In this document: in pieces, positions 19,445 through 29,500 of the stretch
Layout of the letters: each line of letters opens with the position of its first letter
Numbering within the stretch: the stretch's first letter is position 1
Origin: a virus
Lineage: Duplodnaviria; Caudoviricetes
IMG/VR virus record: IMGVR_UViG_3300021958_008605
Coordinates: 13,220 to 77,219 of that record
Strand: one strand, 5' to 3'
Length of the DNA: 64,000 bases
Program-made: the position numbers and the translations under genes
The notes under the pieces: model-generated
Told to the model about the DNA's origin: nothing
What the model saw: the letters and a program-made list of their open reading frames with translations, nothing else
Database searches by the model: none

Positions 19445-20907
19445 AGTTCTACTGAAATTTTAGTAACCAAATCATTTTCAATTTTAATAACTTCTTTAAA
19501 TCTAAGAGTATTTAATCCATCAATTCTAAAGTTATCTAATTCTTCTCTAACTTCATTATAATATTTTAATTGATTTTTTCTGGTTTCTCTATGAACCCAT
19601 TTATTACCGATAGATGAATTAGTTTTATGTTTTAATGATTTAAATCTTGAATCTCTTCTACAAGGTTTTGGTAAAAAAGTTTTGTATGAATGGTTATCTT
19701 TATATAAATATATATTATTTAACTTTACCGAATATCTTTGAGCTAAATCTATTGATAGAGTTGATGATGATAACTCTGGTAATATTTGTGTATATAAAAA
19801 TTGAGATGATTTAAAATCTCCAAAGTTTCGTATCTTGGGTTTTTTTGGATTTTTATAAATTTCCAATATTTCTTCATCTCCCAATGCCACATCATATATT
19901 TCTAAGTTAGAAATTAATCCATAAAAGAAATCGTTGTTAGTTAATTTATCATTAGCAGTTCCAACAAATATTTCATTTGATGATAATTCCATTATATCAC
20001 ATCCCATTTCTACTGAATCTAAAAACTCTCCATTAATATATAAACTTACTCTCCAATTGTTAGAACCCTTTATCATACCAGGTGTTTCATACTTCATTGT
20101 AAGATGAACCCATCGTTCTCCTAATATATCTGTTGTTATTGAGTAAGGTTTTTTATCAGCATCATAAACTTGACAGAAAAATCTTCTAAATGAATTATAG
20201 AACAATCCTATATTATATCCTGGTATTGATATGATAGGAAATTCATCGTAATCTTTATTTTCATTTAATTTAATCTCTGATGGTTTTACTAACATTGATA
20301 TTGTAAACTCATCTTCTAATAAATGTGTTTTTTCTGCTGTTAATTTTATATAAGAACCATCGCCATTAAATTGAAAATTTTCATAAGTATCAATCTCACT
20401 ACCATTTGTAATTTCATTATCTAATTGTAAGTTAGATTCAATACATCTAATTAATAAATCATCATCTTCAAATCCCCATCCCCAATATTCATTAGAGAAT
20501 CCATTGATAGTTTTGAAATCTTCTTTAGTAAACATAGTTACTCCACCAAAGTAATCAAAAAATGTTGTTTCGTAATCGTGTTCTTGTAAGTGAGTTGCTA
20601 AATGTAGAGGTTTATCTGAATATGAGTAATCTACATCTTCAGGCAACATATCAACATCATGAAATACAAAATAATCACACCCTTTATCAACGGCATACTT
20701 ATATCCTGCATTCAGAAGTTTACCTCTGTTAAAAGGTTTGTCATCTGCCTGTTCAACGATGAAGATTTCGTAATCAATATCCTTGATATATTCTTTCATA
20801 TGAGATAAGAACCTTTTTAATTGTTGTTCTCTATCTCTATATGGAACAATTATACCAAGTTTATGAGTTATCTTCTTATTCTTCAGATTTCTCTTGGATT
20901 CTTTCAC
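19441..20907 (-). CDS. GT7 with inserted LamG domain, copy 2
   Basis: VPYRDR, FNRGKLLN, HDVD, YFGG, NGFSNEYWGWGFEDDDL; LamG insert (FTISMLVKP...WVHLTM...LYING...FYGLISNLEIYD.AL); then SLKH and DGLNTLRF. Confidence 0.85.
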   Translation of the reverse strand: MKESKRNLKNKKITHKLGIIVPYRDREQQLKRFLSHMKEYIKDIDYEIFIVEQADDKPFNRGKLLNAGYKYAVDKGCDYFVFHDVDMLPEDVDYSYSDKPLHLATHLQEHDYETTFFDYFGGVTMFTKEDFKTINGFSNEYWGWGFEDDDLLIRCIESNLQLDNEITNGSEIDTYENFQFNGDGSYIKLTAEKTHLLEDEFTISMLVKPSEIKLNENKDYDEFPIISIPGYNIGLFYNSFRRFFCQVYDADKKPYSITTDILGERWVHLTMKYETPGMIKGSNNWRVSLYINGEFLDSVEMGCDIMELSSNEIFVGTANDKLTNNDFFYGLISNLEIYDVALGDEEILEIYKNPKKPKIRNFGDFKSSQFLYTQILPELSSSTLSIDLAQRYSVKLNNIYLYKDNHSYKTFLPKPCRRDSRFKSLKHKTNSSIGNKWVHRETRKNQLKYYNEVREELDNFRIDGLNTLRFKEVIKIENDLVTKISVEL

Positions 20908-21121
20908 TACCTCTTTCTGGTCTATTTGTTGTTCCTACTGTTTTTGATTTAGCGATTTGGTAGAACTCATTCAAGTACCACTCTAATCTTTCTTGCCACA
21001 TATCAGCATCTAAATCATACAACCAATCGTTTATATCTCCAATTGAACCAGCTATGGATTCAAGAGCCTTTACACCTCTTTCTTCAAGAGATTTATGCTT
21101 CGTTGTCTCGTTCTTTGCCAT
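20876..21121 (-). CDS. Hypothetical protein
   Basis: 81-aa ORF overlapping both neighbours on the gene-dense strand. Confidence 0.55.
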   Translation of the reverse strand: MAKNETTKHKSLEERGVKALESIAGSIGDINDWLYDLDADMWQERLEWYLNEFYQIAKSKTVGTTNRPERGSERIQEKSEE

Positions 21122-21650
21122 AATTGTAATTTAGTTTTTTGTTATAAATTAATTCTTCTTTGAGTTTTTCAAATATCAAACCTTCAAGACCTTCTTTATC
21201 GATTGGGAAGGATGCCTCATCAATCCAATCTTCTAATCTTTTAGGCTCCCATTTCAAGTTCTCCAACTCATCATCTATTTTTTGAGGCTCCCATTGTTTA
21301 GTATCTATTTCTGCGTTTATTTCTTCTAATCTATATTCTAATTTTTCCTTTTCAACTTGTAAATCATCTAAACGAAATTTTATATCATCTCGTTTTACAG
21401 TTTTCATTTTAATATCTTCATTGATATCATCAATATCTGTTTGTTTATCATAGTATCTTGAAAAGAATCTACCGATATTTGCTGTTCTTGAGTTTTTGTT
21501 CTGTAAAAACAATGTTTCAACTATTAATATAACTTTTAAAAATATAGATTTATCATCAGAACTTGGTTCTGTTAAATCTTTCAAGTCATTATCAATCTTT
21601 TCAAGAGTTTTAACAACTTTTTCGTTATGTAACAATTCTAATAAGTTCAT
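21093..21650 (-). CDS. Hypothetical coiled-coil protein
   Basis: Acidic heptad-like stretch with a short KQWEPQKI/KWEPKRL repeat. The start may be the internal Met (MKTVKR). Confidence 0.55.
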   Translation of the reverse strand: MNLLELLHNEKVVKTLEKIDNDLKDLTEPSSDDKSIFLKVILIVETLFLQNKNSRTANIGRFFSRYYDKQTDIDDINEDIKMKTVKRDDIKFRLDDLQVEKEKLEYRLEEINAEIDTKQWEPQKIDDELENLKWEPKRLEDWIDEASFPIDKEGLEGLIFEKLKEELIYNKKLNYNYGKERDNEA

Positions 21651-23085
21651 AATTTTTTTTATTTTGTATATCTAATATACTGTAATTTAATGTACTCAAT
21701 CCTATGGATTTATAATCTAATTTATTTGGAATCACATCGTGAAAAAATATATCAGAATTTTCTGTAATATCCGGGTCGTATTTGTAATATCTTTTTATTA
21801 TATCTGTATCATTTTCGTGAACCAAAGATTTGTATTCAGAATCTAATCTTATTGGCAGATACAATTCATTTGGTGTGTATCCTAATTTATCTGATTGTAA
21901 ACTTCCATAAAACTTTAAATGATTTTTATAAGAACCACTATCTAATAAAATCGATTGTTTATATAAAGAATTATATTTTAAGTTTATTACAGGTGATAAT
22001 CCAAATTTATTATGGATATCATCTAAAGATAAATTACCTCTATTGTATAATATGTTTATAACTTCATCACTTAAATAAGAATCAAACGCCAAAATATTTG
22101 ATATCATTATAGATGTTGAATCATCTGATATTTTTATATTATTTTTAGAGTAATCATATATCTCAAAATTATCTTTTAATTTTATTTCTTTTGTTTTATC
22201 ATTTATGGATAACTTTAAAATATTTTCTTTACTATCATATGAATATACACAATGATTCCATCTGTTCCTTGAGTAAGATAATATAATTTCTTCGTGATTA
22301 TTTTTATTATCCCAAATTTGTGCTATTATTTCATTTCCTCTACTCAAAAACAATCCACTATCACATCCTTCAAATACAAATAAGTTTTTCTTCATTTTAC
22401 GCTCAAAATCATCATTGAACCAAAACGAAATACTAAATGAATCTTTAATCATTTTTTTAGTAAGTGGATTTAGTAATCCATATATGTAGTCAGTTTCAGA
22501 AAATGTATTATATTCTATTTGTTGAATTCGTTTCTCATTACAAACATTTACATTTTCAATTCTATATGGCAGAACATCTAACTCATCATAATTAGAATAT
22601 ACATTATTTAAATCGTATTTCTTTTCTAAGTAAGCACCACTTCTTTGTAATCTATAAAGTAAATCTAAATCTTCAAACCCATAACCCCAATATTCATTTG
22701 AATATCCATTTGCATTTTCAAAATCTTCTCTACTGATTAAAACAACTCCACCGAAGTATTGTGGGTAAGGTAATTTATTATCGTGTGCTTCTACATTTGT
22801 AGCAAGATGAGTTGGTGAATCAGGATATCCATAATCACACTCATCATTCATAGGTAACATATCAATATCATGAAAAGCAAAGTAAGTGTATTCTTTTCCC
22901 ACTTCTTTAGAAACTACATTACAGAGTTTACCATAGTTAAATGGTCTTTCATCTGTTTGTTCTGCGATAAAAATAGTGTAATCGATTCCTTTATCCTTTA
23001 GGAATTCGTGCATATGAGGAACAAAAACATCTAAGTGGTCTTGTCTATCTCTATACGGAACTATTATTGCTAACTTATCTTTCAT
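21625..23085 (-). CDS. GT7 with inserted LamG domain, copy 3
   Basis: VPYRDR, FNYGKLCN, HDID, YFGG, NGYSNEYWGYGFEDLDL; LamG insert (FSISFWF...WNHCVYSY...LSIN); then SLVH and IGLSTLNY. Confidence 0.82.
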   Translation of the reverse strand: MKDKLAIIVPYRDRQDHLDVFVPHMHEFLKDKGIDYTIFIAEQTDERPFNYGKLCNVVSKEVGKEYTYFAFHDIDMLPMNDECDYGYPDSPTHLATNVEAHDNKLPYPQYFGGVVLISREDFENANGYSNEYWGYGFEDLDLLYRLQRSGAYLEKKYDLNNVYSNYDELDVLPYRIENVNVCNEKRIQQIEYNTFSETDYIYGLLNPLTKKMIKDSFSISFWFNDDFERKMKKNLFVFEGCDSGLFLSRGNEIIAQIWDNKNNHEEIILSYSRNRWNHCVYSYDSKENILKLSINDKTKEIKLKDNFEIYDYSKNNIKISDDSTSIMISNILAFDSYLSDEVINILYNRGNLSLDDIHNKFGLSPVINLKYNSLYKQSILLDSGSYKNHLKFYGSLQSDKLGYTPNELYLPIRLDSEYKSLVHENDTDIIKRYYKYDPDITENSDIFFHDVIPNKLDYKSIGLSTLNYSILDIQNKKNYELIRIVT

Positions 23086-23928
23086 TTAGATTTTTACTAT
23101 AACTTCTTTAAGAGTATTCCAATGGTTATAACAAATATACGAATTTTTTTTGACATTTACAAATAAAAACTCATCTTTTTTTACATCAATCTTCCAATCA
23201 TTGAGTTGGATAGCTCGATACATCTTTTTATATTCTTTCCAATACGAATAATCTTCTTTTGTTTCTGATACTTCTTTTAATCTTTCTAAAACTGTTGAAT
23301 CCCATTTAAAATGATGTACTTGTACAAATCCTTTTTCTATTGGATATCGTTTAGGATGATTCCATCCTCTTTCTCTCCAAGTATCAGTATCACCAATCAT
23401 AGCAAAGTGTTGACCTGGTGTTACATCTACCGAACCTTTCATCACACAACATTTATTTGGCATCGCTCCACTCATAGGATATCTAAAAAATCCTGCAAGT
23501 GGAAACGATTTCCAAATATTTGTTTCTTTTGTTACCAAAGGAAACTCACCATCCTCTCCTATCCTATCGAGGAAACCTCCTGTTATAAACTCCCATCCAT
23601 TTTCTTCACATTCTTGAATCATTTCTCGAATATCTTTTGGATATACATGGAGTTCATCATCATCCGAAACCACCCACCATTCGTTTGGTTTGGTTTGTTT
23701 TACTTCGTTGTATAATTCAGTTACTCTTTCCCAATTAAATTTTGGTTCTGTAACTACTTTATATGGTTTTATACCTAAATTTACTACTTGCTCTAAAATA
23801 CCATCTAAATTGTGTTGTCTATAAACTACAACAAAAATTTCATCTACAATATCTTTGTAGTGATTAATCATATGTGGTAGAAGTGTTGTGTTGTGACCAA
23901 CAACTGTAACTAAATTTAGTTTTTGCAT
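23086..23928 (-). CDS. GT2-like (GT-A fold) glycosyltransferase
   Basis: MINHYKDIVDEIFV, WWVVSDDDEL (DxD), HHFKW. Confidence 0.7.
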   Translation of the reverse strand: MQKLNLVTVVGHNTTLLPHMINHYKDIVDEIFVVVYRQHNLDGILEQVVNLGIKPYKVVTEPKFNWERVTELYNEVKQTKPNEWWVVSDDDELHVYPKDIREMIQECEENGWEFITGGFLDRIGEDGEFPLVTKETNIWKSFPLAGFFRYPMSGAMPNKCCVMKGSVDVTPGQHFAMIGDTDTWRERGWNHPKRYPIEKGFVQVHHFKWDSTVLERLKEVSETKEDYSYWKEYKKMYRAIQLNDWKIDVKKDEFLFVNVKKNSYICYNHWNTLKEVIVKI

Positions 23929-24695
23929 CTTTGAAGAATTGTTAGACCTGTTGATGCTGGTTTAGTTTTAAATATACCATTATTAAAAAAGTTGAAAATT
24001 TCCCATTCTTTATTTTCTTTTAACTCTTTTACCAACTTAGAAGGTCCATTTGTAATTTCTTGATGGTCATTTGTTTTAATATCATCTGTAACAATATATT
24101 CTTTTTCAAATGATTCATCTGTATCGTGTATTGAAACGATACCATTTGGTGAAAGTAATTTTGTATATAATTCAAAATCTTTTTTTACATCTTCATAAGA
24201 ATGACCTGCATCAATATGAAGATAATCTATCTTAATATCTTCTTTTACGAAAAAATTATAATATGCATTTTCAGTAGTATCTAAAATAACTCTTGGATGA
24301 AAGTTTTCTCTAAGAAAACTTTTTTCATCAACCCAATCAGTATTACCACCAATACCATTAGAAGCATCTACAAGATATGTTACTCCAATATCACCCCAAT
24401 TATAATCTCTATTTCCTTCAAAGATTTGTGAATCATATAAATCAACTCTTGATTGTGTCATGATTCGTGGAATGAATCCACCACCACTTCCCAAACAAAC
24501 ACAATTTTTTGCTCTCATATAATGAATAATAGAATAAACCAATAATCCATCACCAAGTGTTAAATCAGTTGCTCCATGTGTCCATCTATAAGGAACTTTT
24601 TTTAACTCTACAAAATCATTACCATTAGAATCTTTTTGGTTTGATTGATTGTGAGTAAAAAAATCTTTTATGAAATCAAGGTTAAAGAGTGTCAT
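23916..24695 (-). CDS. Class I SAM-dependent methyltransferase (Methyltransf_24-like)
   Basis: CLGSGGG motif I; IDYLHIDAGHSYEDVKKDF; LLSPNGIVSIHD. Confidence 0.8.
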   Translation of the reverse strand: MTLFNLDFIKDFFTHNQSNQKDSNGNDFVELKKVPYRWTHGATDLTLGDGLLVYSIIHYMRAKNCVCLGSGGGFIPRIMTQSRVDLYDSQIFEGNRDYNWGDIGVTYLVDASNGIGGNTDWVDEKSFLRENFHPRVILDTTENAYYNFFVKEDIKIDYLHIDAGHSYEDVKKDFELYTKLLSPNGIVSIHDTDESFEKEYIVTDDIKTNDHQEITNGPSKLVKELKENKEWEIFNFFNNGIFKTKPASTGLTILQRCKN

Positions 24696-24707
24696 ACCTT
24701 TTGTATA

Positions 24708-24716
24708 TATAAATAT
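24708..24716 (-). promoter_or_regulatory. ATATTTATA motif, putative late promoter
   Basis: Exact motif 13 nt upstream of ATG 24695. Confidence 0.55.
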
Positions 24717-24723
24717 ATGAAAT

Positions 24724-25923
24724 TTATCTTTGTAATAAATCTTTTATTATTTTTGACCAGTTATCTTTATAATCATATTTTTTCATATATGATTTTATTT
24801 TATTAAATTCTTCTAATCTAACTTCATGAGAATCAAATTGAATTCTTTTTACTGCTTTATCAAATTCGTTTTTAGAACCCGCTCTATATCTGTAATCTAA
24901 TTCTTTTGCCCAATCTGTGTGTATAATTGGAAGTTTACCATAATCTACTGCTTGAAATATTGAGTATCCAAATGGTTCTTTAAAGTAAGCTCCATGAAAA
25001 ATTCCAAAATCTTTTTTCATAAATGTATGGTGTATTGTTGGATTCCATTGGAAAAACTTTGTATTAGGAAAGGTATAAGTAGTACTATCTTTTAAATTTT
25101 GAAAATCATATTTACCAGTTAAAACATAACCTTCATACCCATGCATCCAATGAATACATTTTCTCGATTCACATCTTGAAGCAAATCCTAACTTACTATT
25201 ATCGATTAAATCATTTTGTAATTCAAAGTTGTATTTGAACTCATAGTAGTTTGGAACTTTATAAGTGTAGTTTGGAAAATCTTTGATAACAGCTGATGAG
25301 TTATTTCCTATCCAAACTCGTTCTTTAAATGTTGCAATATAATCATTACAAAATGGTTCATCAACTAAAGTATTAAATTGTAATCTTTTTAATTCAGGTA
25401 TTGCATCTACAACTTGTTTCATTTCTTTTGGATACGCATGAATAAAAATCATTTCAAACTTATCTTCATAATGCCAGATATGTTCTCTTTTATAATAATG
25501 AGAATGAAGTGAATAGATACCACTACATTTTTCTAACCATTCTTTTGTTTTACTTGGGTCATCTCCATGAAAGTGATAATCCAATCCTTTTGGTAAAGAA
25601 GAGGGTTTAAAGTTTGTAGGTCGTTTTGAATCTATAAGTAATTTCCAATTTGTTCTTTTTTGTAAATTAGGCCAAACTGTTTCTAAAAAATTATTTACCC
25701 AAATATCAGCACCACCTTGTATTGTGTTACCTGCACCAGTACAAATCATAACTTTTGTACTTTGTGGTTTAGCTTGATTAAAGTAAGTTAAATGTTTATC
25801 TTTTGGTAACTCTCTGTTAATAGTAGAAATTATTTCATCTACATCAAAAGTATCTCCCATATCGGTAAGATAAGTAAATAACCTTTTTTTAATATTTTTT
25901 GCTGGAACTCCTTTTATTATCAT
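24724..25923 (-). CDS. GT-B fold (GT4-like) glycosyltransferase
   Basis: GGADIWVNNF N-terminal motif; GFASRCESRK; EPFGYSIFQAVDYGKLPII (cf. E.FG...EA...G.PVI). Confidence 0.7.
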   Translation of the reverse strand: MIIKGVPAKNIKKRLFTYLTDMGDTFDVDEIISTINRELPKDKHLTYFNQAKPQSTKVMICTGAGNTIQGGADIWVNNFLETVWPNLQKRTNWKLLIDSKRPTNFKPSSLPKGLDYHFHGDDPSKTKEWLEKCSGIYSLHSHYYKREHIWHYEDKFEMIFIHAYPKEMKQVVDAIPELKRLQFNTLVDEPFCNDYIATFKERVWIGNNSSAVIKDFPNYTYKVPNYYEFKYNFELQNDLIDNSKLGFASRCESRKCIHWMHGYEGYVLTGKYDFQNLKDSTTYTFPNTKFFQWNPTIHHTFMKKDFGIFHGAYFKEPFGYSIFQAVDYGKLPIIHTDWAKELDYRYRAGSKNEFDKAVKRIQFDSHEVRLEEFNKIKSYMKKYDYKDNWSKIIKDLLQR

Positions 25924-25932
25924 TTTATTTTT

Positions 25933-26211
25933 TTATTTCCAATAATTCCAATTTGTTGGTATATCTATGATACTACTTGGCCATAATGCTCTAAGTTCTT
26001 CTATTGTTTCAAACGAATCTAATGTAATAGTACTTGGATAATCTCTTAAAGTATTTTTAGTTGATGTTATAGAATTTTTTTCAGATGTATTATCTGTTTC
26101 TAATGCTTTCATAAAATCAACATCTAATTCTTTAAATTTTAAATCTCTTTCGTATCTAAATTTAAGTAGATAAAATTTTAATGCCTCTTCTTTATTTATT
26201 CTAAATCCCAT
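25933..26211 (-). CDS. Phage tail-fibre assembly chaperone-like protein
   Basis: R.ERDLKFKELDVDFMKALET...KNTLRDYP...IEELRALWP pattern, directly downstream of the tail-fibre-like gene. Start moved to MGFRI at 26211. Confidence 0.7.
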   Translation of the reverse strand: MGFRINKEEALKFYLLKFRYERDLKFKELDVDFMKALETDNTSEKNSITSTKNTLRDYPSTITLDSFETIEELRALWPSSIIDIPTNWNYWK

Positions 26212-26213
26212 AA

Positions 26214-26504
26214 TTAATATCCTTCCATCCAATCGTTATATGATTGTGTAAAATCTGAACCTGTTGCATATCCATCAGGTGAAGAAAAATCATATTCTAA
26301 TCCATAAAATCCACCAGAAGGAATTTCAGAACCACTCAAAAAATTATATCTTTTACCTTGCGGTAACCGTCTTTTTGCCCAATGATGTAAATGTCTATCT
26401 AATGTACTACCTGATAGATTATTTAGATTCGATACATGAGAAATTGTAAAAAGACTCCCACTTTCTTCTGATATTATAAAAATTTCGTTACTTATATCTT
26501 GCAT
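26214..26504 (-). CDS. Small tail-fibre-associated protein
   Basis: LPQGKRYNFLSGSEIPS...EYDFSSPDGY resembles the small protein usually paired with the tail assembly chaperone. Four [ST]GS motifs in 96 aa. Confidence 0.55.
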   Translation of the reverse strand: MQDISNEIFIISEESGSLFTISHVSNLNNLSGSTLDRHLHHWAKRRLPQGKRYNFLSGSEIPSGGFYGLEYDFSSPDGYATGSDFTQSYNDWMEGY

Positions 26505-26521
26505 AATATTTTTTTTATTTT

Positions 26522-29500
26522 TTATCCTAAAGCTACAAAGTTTAATTCTTCTGGTACTCTTACACCATTACCATCATTATCTCTGATAGTAATATCACAA
26601 TAAGTAGTAGCTCCTGTACCACTTATTCGTGCTGCATGGTTGTTTACACTTTCTTCAGCTGCAAGACCATCCGCATCATTTCCAGATGAATGATTTGTTC
26701 TACCATAAGACATTACAAGTGGTGTCCACTTATATGAATTATGACCTGTAATAAAATTAATTCTTAAATTTTGACTATAATTACTATTAATGTTGGTAAA
26801 AGAAATTCCATCAACATTAACACAGGCGTAAAGAGTACCAGCCCCATTTTGTAATGTTGCAACACTTGTACTTTCATTAAATGTTACTGTACATTGTGCT
26901 CTACCTGCTGCATATGAATAAGTTCCTAAATCTAATTTTGCTCTCGTATAACCACTATTATCATAAGATGCATCTATTGCAGTACTTGTATCCATAGGTA
27001 AATATATACCATGTACTAAACCATCTATTGTTAAATTACCAATTAGTGTTGCAAAGGGGTCATAATCATTAGCGTTAGTATCTAACCTAAATACTTTTTC
27101 ATCATTAGAGTTTACTTGAAAACCCCCTGCATTTGTAGTCATACCAGCGGATACTGAATTAACGCTGAATGTTCCATCGTGGTTGAATGTTAAAGAAGCT
27201 TCTCTAAATGCATCATTACTACCAAAACCAGTTGTAACAAGGTCATAACTTGCTTCTATTCTTGGATAATAAGTAGTAGAATTTGCAAGGCTTACTGTTG
27301 TTGTCCTTGTTTGTGGTTGGGTCATTATGGTGGTTTGATTATTTGGAAAACTATCTCCAATAGGGTTATGTGATACTATTCCATTAGAAACATAGTTTTC
27401 ATATTTTGGAATTCTAAAAGTAAATACTTCTTCTTCAGTTTCAATTAACTCTACTTTTGCTACTAATTGTAAACTTATATCATTATTATCTTTAATATAA
27501 ATTTTACTTTGACCTTCTACAAGTTCAGTAGCAAATATTTGTTCATTATTATCTAACCAAAAACCATGAGTATCTGAAACTTCAACTATCAATCCATTAC
27601 TTAATGTTACTTTATATATTTCATTTACAATCCTCTTGTGAATCGATTTGATTTTAGATTCTACATATTGATTGGTTCTATAATCCCATACTTTTAATTT
27701 ATCATTTTTAGTAATATCTTTAGCTTTTTTAATAAAACCATTTGACAATAAAATTTTAGTATTTCCAATTACAGAAGAATATCCACCTTCAGTATCATTT
27801 CCATATGCACTAATACTCCATGTACCAATAGTAGCTATCAATGTATTAGAAGCATAAGTGTTAGAACTATAAATTTTTACACGAATGGTCATTGTCGCAG
27901 AACTCATAGCACCTGTTGCAGATACTTGGTTTCCGTTATTTTCATCATAGGTAAAGGTTAAAGAATGATTTCCAGCTACATTAGTCGAAAAAGATGTTAA
28001 AGCGTGTGTTAATGTACCACTATCTGAATCAGTATTACCTAAACCGGTTGGGGGCCCTACATCTCTTGTTTGAGTAGACATAGTAACGGTTTGACTTACA
28101 CTTGTTCCACTTGCATCTGGTGTTGGTAAAGAGGTATCAGTTGATAATGTTGCTCTTGGTACACCATTTGAATCATTTACCTGTATATATTCATCAGTTG
28201 CGTTTAATATTACATTACCTTCATTAGAAGTAATTGCATTTTCATCAACTATCCATCCTCCAAGTTCTGCATCTGATGTTATAATTCTACCACCAATACT
28301 AGCGTTTGATGCAGATAAGAATCCTTCACTATCTACAAAAAAGTCTCCACCACCAATTGTAATCGTACCACCTTGGATTGTAGAACCACTTACAATTCCC
28401 TCAAAGAATGCATCACCAGAAGATGATATAAATGTTTTCCAATCAGTACCATCATGATAACCTAAATATTGTTGTCCAAGATATAAACCTGCCGTATTAG
28501 TTGGTGCATCTGGTACATTATCTAACGCAAATGTTGCAGATGGTCCAAAGTCATATGATGTAGGATTTTCTAACCCACCTGTTGTAGCATTAATAGCATC
28601 AACACCATCTTGTGCACCATTTATATCATTTTGTAATGATTGTGTTGCTGAGTTTAATGAACTTACACTATTATCAAGTGATTCTGTTGCCGAGTTTAAT
28701 GAACTTAAAGAACTTGCTGCTGGTCCACCTGTTATTGTGATTGAACCTTCTATGTTTAAGTTACTACCATTCCATTGTAAAGCACCACCAGTACCGCCAA
28801 GATAAAATCTACCACTACTATCCATGTAAGTTTTCCAACCACTATTGTAGTAACCCATTTTATCATCACCCAAATGTAAACCATTTTGACCTGGTGTACC
28901 AATAGAATCTAAGTTGTTAGGATTAAAAGTATAAGAAGTCGGATTTTCTAAAGATGATGTAACACTTTCTAATTGAGATACTGCACCATCTAAAGAACTT
29001 ACATCATCTTGTAATGATTGTGTTGTAGAGTTAATTGAGTTTAAAGCACTTTGTGCCGAACCACCTGTTATTGTGATTGAACCTTTAATATCTAAATTAG
29101 AACCATCCCACTTTAAATGTCTTGTTCCACCTGAGTTTACAAGTGATGCTTTTGCAGTACCACTATCGTATCCTAAAAATATTCCTGCTCCTTCGTAAGT
29201 TGCAGCACCAATTGCAATTGATGGATTAGCATTAGAATTACCATGGTCTGAATTTAGTGCAATTACAGGATTAGAACCATCCGAACCAATATTTATTGTT
29301 CGGTTAGCATATACATCTTGAGCAAATAAAATATCAGTAGCTACTGAACTAAATTCTGCACCAAATTCTTCCCAATCTGTTGAAGAACCAGGAGTTCCCC
29401 AATTTGATGTTCCACTATCTGATGGATTTGATGCAAGATAATAAGTACTACTATATTCAACTATATCTCTTCTTGTTTCAGTATAATAATATGTTGTTCC

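Noticed and set aside
1-25923. Bacterial chromosomal O-antigen or capsule locus
   Set aside because: No wzx/wzy/wzm/wzt, chain-length or export genes and no undecaprenyl-phosphate initiating transferase. The cluster is contiguous with phage tail genes and shares their upstream motif.
27365-27775. Canonical mobile intein
   Set aside because: No homing endonuclease, +1 residue is Pro, and the host protein is a variable structural protein rather than a conserved enzyme site. Reported as a Hint/BIL domain instead.
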